Positions 26,532 through 33,992 of a DNA stretch of 64,000 bases are shown piece by piece. Origin of the DNA: Bacteroidota bacterium (lineage in GTDB: Bacteria > Bacteroidota > Bacteroidia > UBA7662); NCBI GenBank assembly GCA_005799065.1, contig SYHW01000037.1, positions 18,575 through 82,574 on the forward strand, read 5' to 3'. The notes under the pieces were generated by a model. It searched no databases and was not told where the DNA came from. It saw only the letters and a list, made by a program, of their open reading frames with translations. Numbering within the stretch: position 1 is the first letter of the stretch; each line of letters begins with the position of its first letter. Position numbers and translations under genes: made by a program.

Positions 26532-28208
26532 TTAGGCTCGTCGGCGTTGATGCGATTTCGTTTGCACCCAAGAGGCCAGCAGCAGAAGGGCAAACAAGAA
26601 ACAACCCAGGCGGCCCAGGTAGTCGCCATATTGCACATAAAAGGTCTGCTCATCATGCAGCGCCACGCGAACCCGAAGCCAGCCGGGTTTCCACCAAGGC
26701 AGCTGCTGCAACACGTCACCCCGGGCATTGATGGCTGCTGAAATGCCCGTATTTGCAGACCGAACTACATAACGGCGGTTTTCGATGGCGCGCAGACGGG
26801 CATACGCCAGATGCTGACGGTGGCCGTCGGTTTCTCCCCACCATCCATCGTTGGTGATGATGGCAATGAGATTGGCTCCGTTCGGACCGCGGGTGTATCC
26901 GGTGGTGTAATCACCGAAAACCGATTCATAGCAAATTACAGGTGCCACGCGAAGGGTGCCGGCAGTGAAAACGGAGCGATGTTCCTGTGTGCCAAGTTGC
27001 CCGCTCATTCCGCCCAGATCGACCGAAATGAGGCGACTTATGAGCCCGAAAAAGTGGGGGTAGGGCAGCTTCTCTACGCCTGCCACCAGTTTCGACTTGT
27101 GGTATACCCCAAGGGCGTCCCCGTTTTTTAACCACAGAGCGGAATTGTGGACGCTGTACCCACGACCGCTGGCCTGTCGCCTGACCGCAGGCTGATCGGG
27201 CGGGTTCATGCCCCAATCGGTGATGGCGCTGGCACCAGCAAGCAGGCTTAGGCCTTCGTAATAACTGAGTCGGTGTTGAATTTGTTGCAATTCGGGTTTC
27301 AGGGCCTCACTATCGGGTAGCCAAACCAATCCCGGTATGGAGGTCTCGGGCCATAACAATAGTCGCGTATCGACGCCAATGGCCTGATCAGATAGACGGA
27401 ATAAGTTATCGAGCTGTTTTTCTTCCGTTCCGGCTTCGAATTTTTCGTTGTAGGGATCAACATTAGGCTGTATAATTCCTACTTCGGTCGTAGGTAAACC
27501 GTCATCACTGTGGGTTCTGTAGAGGTAGAGCGATACCAGTAAGGGTAAAAACAAGGCAACGACTGCCCTGAAAAGATCACGGAAAGCGAGCCAGCCCCGT
27601 GTTGTCCGCTCTTCAGCCGACAAAGGAAGGCGCAGCAACAAATGGCGAAGTCCGGTAAATACCAGGATATTCACCACCCATACCCAAAGCGTTCCACCGG
27701 CAACCCCTGTTGCGCTGTAAAATTGCACCATCCAAGGATTTCCTGAAAAGGCATTGCCCAGGAGCAACCAGGGGAAATCGAGGTCCCAACGAAGGTTCAT
27801 GTGTTCCATGGCCAGCCAACCCGCCACAAGTACCGGCCATGCTGTTCGTTCACCGCTGTTGCGTTTCACCCGGTGGTAGGCGTAAACCACCGCACTCATC
27901 AGGAATGTGTTGATCAGGATGGCGGCTATGGCGCCAATCCATGCCGCGTTTTTTATCCACCAGGTAGCCAGGGTGTTGAACAAAAGGAAATGAAGGGCAC
28001 TCCAAAGCCAAACATGCCGCCCTGCGTCTTTACCGTGTTGGTAATAGAGCTGGTCTTCCGTAATGAGCAACGGAACCCAGGCCACGAAGATCAGAACGCT
28101 TAGGTTATAGGGGGGGAAGGCCTGCCAGGCCATGATGGCGGAGGCCAGTGCATAAACCAAGCGAACGCGCCGGTCAGCGGCCAGCCAAAACGATAACGAA
28201 TTCTCCAC
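26532..28208 (-). CDS. lnt: Apolipoprotein N-acyltransferase
   Basis: N-terminal polytopic region followed by a nitrilase-like domain with VICYESVF and TNDGWWG. The start is uncertain: GTG 28208 is chosen, ATG 28133 is the alternative, and the tracked ATG 28319 lies deep inside rsmI. Confidence 0.8.
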   Translation of the reverse strand: MENSLSFWLAADRRVRLVYALASAIMAWQAFPPYNLSVLIFVAWVPLLITEDQLYYQHGKDAGRHVWLWSALHFLLFNTLATWWIKNAAWIGAIAAILINTFLMSAVVYAYHRVKRNSGERTAWPVLVAGWLAMEHMNLRWDLDFPWLLLGNAFSGNPWMVQFYSATGVAGGTLWVWVVNILVFTGLRHLLLRLPLSAEERTTRGWLAFRDLFRAVVALFLPLLVSLYLYRTHSDDGLPTTEVGIIQPNVDPYNEKFEAGTEEKQLDNLFRLSDQAIGVDTRLLLWPETSIPGLVWLPDSEALKPELQQIQHRLSYYEGLSLLAGASAITDWGMNPPDQPAVRRQASGRGYSVHNSALWLKNGDALGVYHKSKLVAGVEKLPYPHFFGLISRLISVDLGGMSGQLGTQEHRSVFTAGTLRVAPVICYESVFGDYTTGYTRGPNGANLIAIITNDGWWGETDGHRQHLAYARLRAIENRRYVVRSANTGISAAINARGDVLQQLPWWKPGWLRVRVALHDEQTFYVQYGDYLGRLGCFLFALLLLASWVQTKSHQRRRA

Positions 28209-28848
28209 GGGGTTCTTGTTTTTGGAAGTGGCTATGCAGACTGGCAAGGCTGCCACGCACGGTATCAGAGAATTTTTTCGACAACTCGCGCGAGACGCTG
28301 GCCTGACGGTCTTCACCACATACTTGTGCCAGTTGCTCCAGGGTTTTCAGCAATCGATGAGGCGATTCATAAAAGACCATGGTGCGGCTTTCCTGTGCGA
28401 GTTCTTGCAGGCGTGTTTGTCGCCCTTTTTTAACCGGGAGGAATCCTTCGAAGCAAAAACGATCGCATGGGATTCCCGATTGAACAAGGGCCGGTATCAA
28501 GGCGGTTGGCCCAGGGAGGGCGTCTACCGTGTGTCCGGCAGCCAACGCAGCCCGCACCACCAAAAATCCGGGATCCGAGATGCCCGGGGTACCCGCATCG
28601 CTCACCAGCGCAATGTTCTTGCCTTCACCCAACAGGCTCATCAAGCGCCCGATGCTTTGGTGCTCATTGAATTTATGGTGCGACTGCAAGGGCTTGTGTA
28701 ATGCATAATCGCGCAGCAGCTGACCACTCCGACGGGTATCCTCGCAGAGCACGAGGTCTACCTCGGACAGCACCTCAAGGGCGCGACGGGTGATATCGCC
28801 CCGGTTTCCTATGGGGGTGGGCACAAGGTACAGGATGCCGGTGTTCAT
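28174..28848 (-). CDS. rsmI: 16S rRNA (cytidine1402-2'-O)-methyltransferase
   Basis: LYLVPTPIGNRGDITRRALEVL, CEDTR and SDAGTPGISDPG motifs. Confidence 0.9.
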   Translation of the reverse strand: MNTGILYLVPTPIGNRGDITRRALEVLSEVDLVLCEDTRRSGQLLRDYALHKPLQSHHKFNEHQSIGRLMSLLGEGKNIALVSDAGTPGISDPGFLVVRAALAAGHTVDALPGPTALIPALVQSGIPCDRFCFEGFLPVKKGRQTRLQELAQESRTMVFYESPHRLLKTLEQLAQVCGEDRQASVSRELSKKFSDTVRGSLASLHSHFQKQEPRGEFVIVLAGR

Positions 28849-30131
28849 GGTCTGGAAGGGGTCGGGGAATGGGCCGCAGGATCGATGCGCATGCGTCGGT
28901 CAACCACATCGCGCAGGAGTTGAAAGGTGGGCGTATAATGCTTCCATGCGAGGTCCTCCGCTCGATCGTCGGGATGGTGGTAGGCAGTCACATCTCCCTG
29001 TGTGTACAAAAACACGGCGGGCACCTTCTTGAGCGTGAATGGATAGTGATCGCTATTGGGGGCATTCCTCCGAACGTCTATTCGACTGAGGAATTGACCC
29101 TGCGCATTGCAACTGCGGATGAGTTCTGTTAGGGCAGCTTCTTCCTCCCCGTTCACAACCATTAGTCCTTTCGATCCTCCGCCCATGAGGTCTAGGTTGA
29201 TGACCAGGCAGTGCCGCTCAAGGGGAATAGGTGGATCCTTTACATACTGCCTTGAGCCTAAAAGGCCAGCTTCCTCAGCGGCAAAAGCCACAAACAACAG
29301 GCTGAAGGGTGGACGATTTTCAGATAGGGCGTAGTGTCTGGCCAGATCCATAAGCATGGCCGTGCCGCTGGCGTTGTCGTTGGCACCCGGATACATACAT
29401 GAACGCCCCAACATGCCTAAGTGGTCGTAGTGGGCGCACAACACAATGATCGAATCCGGGTATTGACTGCCTTTTATCATGCCGATAATGTTGAATTGCA
29501 GGGAGGTATCGAGCCTTCCACGGATGTTCCAGCGGAGGCGACGGGCATTTTGGGGTAAATGACTGGGGTCGATTCGGATGCGTGTGTTTTGCCCCATGCT
29601 GTCGGCCAGTGAGCCAATAAATGGTCCTTTTCGCCATTCCAGTTCCAAACGCCCCCAAGCTGAGGCTTGAAGTTTTTTCTTGATATGGCTGTTGTATGGG
29701 TAGGTGTAGGTCGACCGATCCGCATAGTAGGGGATGGCCCTTTTGTTTCGGGGCAATCCTTTCAGGTATCCGGAGCCACAGCCTGAACCCGCTGCCACAC
29801 TGTAATCCACACCAGTCTTCAGTAACTTTCTCCCTGCCGATAATTCAACCTCATCATAGCAGGCCACGCGCACGGTACAGGGCAATGAGGGTAGGATTTT
29901 CAGGCCCCATCCCTCGAATCGTTCTTGGATGTACGCCCCCGCTGCCTGCTGTCCCCCCCGCTGATAACCCCTGCCCGCAAAAAATGGACTGCATAATGTA
30001 TCGAGTATTTGACGGGCCAAGAGCGTGTCTTGAGCATAAGAAAAATCAACAGCCGACAGGCAAACGCCCATACAAATGGCCAAGATTCTTGGCAGCAATG
30101 AGTTCTGGAGCGTGTATGCCGATGGTCGCAT
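28845..30131 (-). CDS. M28 family metallopeptidase (aminopeptidase)
   Basis: AHYDHLG, GANDNASGTA and FVAFAAEEAGLLGS zinc-ligand motifs, with a signal-like N-terminus. Confidence 0.8.
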   Translation of the reverse strand: MRPSAYTLQNSLLPRILAICMGVCLSAVDFSYAQDTLLARQILDTLCSPFFAGRGYQRGGQQAAGAYIQERFEGWGLKILPSLPCTVRVACYDEVELSAGRKLLKTGVDYSVAAGSGCGSGYLKGLPRNKRAIPYYADRSTYTYPYNSHIKKKLQASAWGRLELEWRKGPFIGSLADSMGQNTRIRIDPSHLPQNARRLRWNIRGRLDTSLQFNIIGMIKGSQYPDSIIVLCAHYDHLGMLGRSCMYPGANDNASGTAMLMDLARHYALSENRPPFSLLFVAFAAEEAGLLGSRQYVKDPPIPLERHCLVINLDLMGGGSKGLMVVNGEEEAALTELIRSCNAQGQFLSRIDVRRNAPNSDHYPFTLKKVPAVFLYTQGDVTAYHHPDDRAEDLAWKHYTPTFQLLRDVVDRRMRIDPAAHSPTPSRP

Positions 30132-30152
30132 GGCTCATTCAGTAGAAATTCC

Positions 30153-30407
30153 TCAGGATATGGGTTCGAGTGTATACTGAAAACGCTCCATGATGGTATT
30201 GGCCAGCAATTGTTTGCAGGCCGAATCGACCGCAGCGCTGGCCGCCTCCAGATTGTCGGCCTCAACCTGCACGCGAATGTGCTTGCCCACCCTAACTTGA
30301 GTGAGTTTCTCTAGGTTCAGCTTGGCCAATCCGCTTTCTACCGCTTTTCCTTGAGGGTCTAACAGCGCGTCGTGGGGCATAATGTCGATGTGAGCAATGA
30401 AAATCAT
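30153..30407 (-). CDS. purS: Phosphoribosylformylglycinamidine synthase subunit PurS
   Basis: 84 aa with the LDPQGKAVE motif and PurS size. Confidence 0.85.
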   Translation of the reverse strand: MIFIAHIDIMPHDALLDPQGKAVESGLAKLNLEKLTQVRVGKHIRVQVEADNLEAASAAVDSACKQLLANTIMERFQYTLEPIS

Positions 30408-30442
30408 AGAGGATAATTATCAAATGGAAGATTATTCGGGAA

Positions 30443-31183
30443 TTAATGGTGAGTACGACTGGGGAACATAAATAAACGAAGAACGGAACAGAGCGTGTAA
30501 GTCAATAAGGCACAAAATATACCCGCATCGGCTGAAAATAGCCATGCACACACGACCCCAGCTATGGCCGAAGTCCCCAAAACTATAAGGTCTGCAATCG
30601 CCAGACTGTAAGCGAGATTTTTTAAGGAGGGCATAGGAAGGGGAACGAGCATCAGCAGCGCCGTGCTCGAGGCGGCACCATAGATCAGCAGTTTGGTCAA
30701 TTCCGATCGGATCTGAAGCGAAAGGGGTTCATTTTGACCCAAAAAAGCGACGGCAGAAACGAGCATCAAGGCCGCAGCCGGACTGGCTAAACCAATGAAG
30801 TAGTCGGTTTGTCGCGAATCGTGGTTAAACCGTGCCAAACGCAATGCCGCAGCGAGGGTGTGTACATAAACGATCCATTCGGTGCCGGCAAGACCCGGAG
30901 CGCTGGCCGCCAACTGATATAGTATAAAGGACGGGACGAGCCCGAAGCTCACCACATCGGCCAATGAGTCGAGGTCTTTTCCTAAAGGTGATGCCACACC
31001 CAGGGCTCGAGCCGCCATGCCATCAAATAAATCCAAAAATGCAGCGAGCATGACAGCCCGAGAGGCACCCACCAAATCGCCCCAAGCCGCAAGGCTCACA
31101 CCCACGCAACCCATCATGAGGTTCATCAGCGTGATGCCATTGGGGATCCACGATTTTACGGCATGAACAAGGCCTTGAATCAT
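30443..31183 (-). CDS. pssA: CDP-diacylglycerol-serine O-phosphatidyltransferase (CDP-alcohol phosphatidyltransferase family)
   Basis: DLFDGMAARALGVASPLGKDLDSLADVVSFG matches the D(x)2DG(x)2AR...G(x)3D(x)3D signature. The protein is polytopic. Confidence 0.85.
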   Translation of the reverse strand: MIQGLVHAVKSWIPNGITLMNLMMGCVGVSLAAWGDLVGASRAVMLAAFLDLFDGMAARALGVASPLGKDLDSLADVVSFGLVPSFILYQLAASAPGLAGTEWIVYVHTLAAALRLARFNHDSRQTDYFIGLASPAAALMLVSAVAFLGQNEPLSLQIRSELTKLLIYGAASSTALLMLVPLPMPSLKNLAYSLAIADLIVLGTSAIAGVVCAWLFSADAGIFCALLTYTLCSVLRLFMFPSRTHH

Positions 31184-31203
31184 CTTGTTTTCATAAAACG
31201 TCC

Positions 31204-31211
31204 CAAAAATA
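31204..31211 (-). promoter_or_regulatory. Candidate -7 box TATTTTTG upstream of pssA
   Basis: Exact TAnnTTTG match on the minus strand, 20 nt before ATG 31183. It could drive the tightly packed pssA-purS-M28-rsmI-lnt-IMPase row. Confidence 0.4.
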
Positions 31212-31378
31212 AGTGGAAATGAGCCCTATTGGGTGTAAAAAAACAGCTAGAAATATTTGAGATCCTCTATGTACTTTTGCAACGGATTGCGAAAGAAACC
31301 TTTCTTCAAACGCATCCAAATAGCTTCATTCATTGCTTCAAATCACCAACCAATCGAAACTAAATATTCTTCAAAAAA

Positions 31379-32446
31379 ATGAAAGTACCACCTATTAAGT
31401 TTGCCAGAAGCACTCAAGATGGATTTTTTCCTGTTCTTCGTGAGCGGGTCGACCATTGGTTTCAACAACAAGGCATCTCCCAAAAGGGTGGAAGCCGCAT
31501 GGTATACAAATCATTGGGCATGCTTGCTTTATACATTGCGCCCTTCGCTCTTATTCTTACAGGATGGTTTACACCCCTTCAAATGCTGGTCTTGGCCTTG
31601 CTGATGGGGATCGGTTTGGCTGGGGTGGGCATGTCGGTTATGCACGACGCTTGCCATGGCGCTTTCAGTGACCGTCCTTGGATTAATCGATTGTTTTCGG
31701 GTAGCATGTACCTTTTGGGGGGAAATGTCTACAATTGGAAGGTGCAACACAATACCTTGCATCATACATTCACCAACATCCACGAGGCTGATGGCGACAT
31801 TGCAGGTCGATTTATCCTTCGATTTGATAAACACGATCCCTACCGGGGTATTATGCGTCTGCAGTTTTTGTATGGTCCATTCTTGTACAGCCTGATGGTG
31901 ATGACCTTCCATATCAAGGATTTTGTTCAGGTGATTACGTGGGGTCGTCAGTCGGGTGCCGCCGCTTTTCGTCGCGAACTCACGACCTTGGTGGTGAGCA
32001 AGGTGTTCTATTTTGGGGTCTTACTCATACCTTATTTTCTGCTGCCCATTAGCTTCGGACAATGGTTCTTGGGCTACGCGGTGATGGCTTTGGTTGCGGG
32101 ATTTATTATGGCGTCTGTTTTTCAGTTGGCACACCTGGTGGAAGGGGTCGACCAGCCGCTCCCGGATCAGGATGGAAAAATGGATAAGCCATGGGCGGAT
32201 CATCAATTGCATACCACCGCCAATTTTGCCCGTAAAAACAAATTGTTGAATTGGTACGTGGGAGGACTCAACTACCAAATTGAGCACCACTTATTCCCGA
32301 ATATTTGCCACATCCACTACCCGGCCATCTCTCAGATCGTCGAACAAACTGCGCGCGAATTCCACTTGCCCTATCACTGTTTCGATAACCTGTCTGGGGC
32401 CTATTTTTCGCACATCCGCACTTTATACGCCTTGGGTAAACCTTGA
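31379..32446 (+). CDS. Membrane fatty-acid desaturase, front-end type histidine boxes, no cytochrome b5 domain
   Basis: Histidine boxes HDACHG, HNTLHH and QIEHHLFP (Q-type third box), with four or more hydrophobic spans. Confidence 0.8.
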   Translation: MKVPPIKFARSTQDGFFPVLRERVDHWFQQQGISQKGGSRMVYKSLGMLALYIAPFALILTGWFTPLQMLVLALLMGIGLAGVGMSVMHDACHGAFSDRPWINRLFSGSMYLLGGNVYNWKVQHNTLHHTFTNIHEADGDIAGRFILRFDKHDPYRGIMRLQFLYGPFLYSLMVMTFHIKDFVQVITWGRQSGAAAFRRELTTLVVSKVFYFGVLLIPYFLLPISFGQWFLGYAVMALVAGFIMASVFQLAHLVEGVDQPLPDQDGKMDKPWADHQLHTTANFARKNKLLNWYVGGLNYQIEHHLFPNICHIHYPAISQIVEQTAREFHLPYHCFDNLSGAYFSHIRTLYALGKP

Positions 32447-32563
32447 TGTTTTGTTTTTTGTTTTAGGAGGCTTAGGGAGGTTTCGTTTGTAGCTATGGTC
32501 TTGGTTTTTCTTTAGTCTTGTCCTTGAAATCGTCCATGGTCCGGTCTTGGTTTCGACGATAAC

Positions 32564-33526
32564 TTAATTGGGCTTCTCCTCCGCGTTTAAATCCCCCGCA
32601 TCACCCAATGCAACCAAGCGCACGGTCGACATCATCCGATTATAGCCCGCTCGTTTGACAGCACTTCGGCGAAATAAGGTCCCAAAAACCTCACGCGTCA
32701 TTTCAACCCAGGCATCTCGATCGAGAAGGGGTAAATCGGGATGGGGCATCAGCCGTTCCTCGTTGTGCCGTCGGCTGAAACGGTTCCAAGGGCACACTTC
32801 CTGACAAATATCGCACCCAAATACCCAGTCTTTCCATTGTCCTTGGGCCCACTGGGGCATCTGATCGCGCAGCTCAATTGTCAGGTAGCTGATGCATCGA
32901 CTACCATCGACTTTATAGGGTGTGATGGCCTGGGTCGGACACGCATCGATGCAACGGGTGCAGGTGCCGCAATAATCGGCCATGGAGTCATCGGGCGCCA
33001 ACTCCAGATCGGAAATGAGTTCACATAGAAAGAAGTAGCTGCCTTGTTCGCGGGTAATGAGGTTCGTGTTTTTGCCCACCCAGCCGAGCCCAGAGCGGGC
33101 TGCCCAGCTTTTTTCGAGTATAGGAGCACTGTCCACGAAAATCCGGCCTTCGATCTGCCCAATCCGTGCGCGTAGGCAGTCCAGCAGTTCCCTGAGTTTG
33201 TCGCGCAACACAAAATGGTAGTCCTCCCCATAGGCATATTGCGCTATACGGGGTGTGTCATCACCCCCCACAGAATCAGGGTTGTGGTAGTTAAACAGCA
33301 GGCTCACCACCGACCGGGCCCCAGGCACCAATTTGCGGGGGTCTAGGCGCATGTCGAAGTTTCGCTCCATGTAAGCCATTTGGCCCTGCATGCCCGATTT
33401 GAGCCATTGCTCGAGCCGCGGTGCATCCTCTTCCAAAAATTCGGCGCGGCTAATCCCACAGGCATGGAAACCGATACGCTTGGCCTCCTCCTTCACCCAC
33501 TGGGCATGAAGGCTTGCTGTTTTCAT
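32564..33526 (-). CDS. queG: Epoxyqueuosine reductase
   Basis: CGTCTRCIDACPTQAI ferredoxin-type cluster motif, CDICQEVCPWN, and an N-terminal cobalamin-binding region. Confidence 0.9.
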   Translation of the reverse strand: MKTASLHAQWVKEEAKRIGFHACGISRAEFLEEDAPRLEQWLKSGMQGQMAYMERNFDMRLDPRKLVPGARSVVSLLFNYHNPDSVGGDDTPRIAQYAYGEDYHFVLRDKLRELLDCLRARIGQIEGRIFVDSAPILEKSWAARSGLGWVGKNTNLITREQGSYFFLCELISDLELAPDDSMADYCGTCTRCIDACPTQAITPYKVDGSRCISYLTIELRDQMPQWAQGQWKDWVFGCDICQEVCPWNRFSRRHNEERLMPHPDLPLLDRDAWVEMTREVFGTLFRRSAVKRAGYNRMMSTVRLVALGDAGDLNAEEKPN

Positions 33527-33909
33527 TGCTCGTTCGCCTCAGTCGAATCGTTTGCCTGAGGTCGATGAGCACTCGAATCGTTTGCCTGAGGTCGATGAAT
33601 TTGTAAACGCCGTACGGGAGTGCCATCACCTAAGTGGACCTCAACGATTTCGTGCGCATCAGCGGGTTTTACGCCACCATACCAAACCCCTTCTGGGTAG
33701 ACCACCAATGTTGGTCCGTCTGCACAAGCGTCGAGACAGGCGCAAGCTTGAGCCCGCACACGAATGGAAGCTGTCGGGTCGGAATGGAACGCTCGTACCG
33801 AATCTCGTAGGGCTTGTACCATCATTTGAGCCTGTTCCTTGCCGCAACTTTTTTTGGAAGGGTCGCTGCGCTCATTTTGGCAAACAAAAAAATGCTTGTC
33901 GTACTTCAT
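33523..33909 (-). CDS. Thioredoxin-like [2Fe-2S] ferredoxin domain protein
   Basis: FFVCQNER...SCG...CACLDACADGPTLVVYPEGVWYG pattern. ATG 33909 is chosen as the start. The stop overlaps the queG start by 4 nt. Confidence 0.75.
   Translation of the reverse strand: MKYDKHFFVCQNERSDPSKKSCGKEQAQMMVQALRDSVRAFHSDPTASIRVRAQACACLDACADGPTLVVYPEGVWYGGVKPADAHEIVEVHLGDGTPVRRLQIHRPQANDSSAHRPQANDSTEANEQ
33541..33600. repeat. 30-bp x2 tandem duplication in the ferredoxin C-terminal tail
   Basis: The block tcgaatcgtttgcctgaggtcgatga is repeated. On the minus strand it encodes HRPQANDS twice. Confidence 0.9.
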
Positions 33910-33914
33910 AAACA

Positions 33915-33922
33915 CAAAAATA
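33915..33922 (-). promoter_or_regulatory. Candidate -7 box TATTTTTG, 5 nt before the ferredoxin ATG
   Basis: Exact TAnnTTTG match on the minus strand. The spacing implies a leaderless or near-leaderless transcript. Confidence 0.35.
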
Positions 33923-33980
33923 CGAAGCAAATCAGTTCATTCCGAGCCATTACGGACAGGAGAAAAGACTACCAATCCAC

Positions 33981-33988
33981 TATTTTTG
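33981..33988 (+). promoter_or_regulatory. Candidate -7 box TATTTTTG, 4 nt before the priA ATG
   Basis: Exact TAnnTTTG match. The spacing implies a leaderless or near-leaderless transcript. Confidence 0.35.
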
Positions 33989-33992
33989 CAAA

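Noticed and set aside
25706-26728. Long N-terminal extensions in the ORF track, here and at 36563, 43245, 43801, 55341, 56681, 59142 and 26532..28319
   Set aside because: The extensions overlap the preceding genes and translate to non-homologous sequence. Internal ATG or GTG starts coincide with family N-termini, signal peptides or TAnnTTTG boxes, so the shorter models were used.
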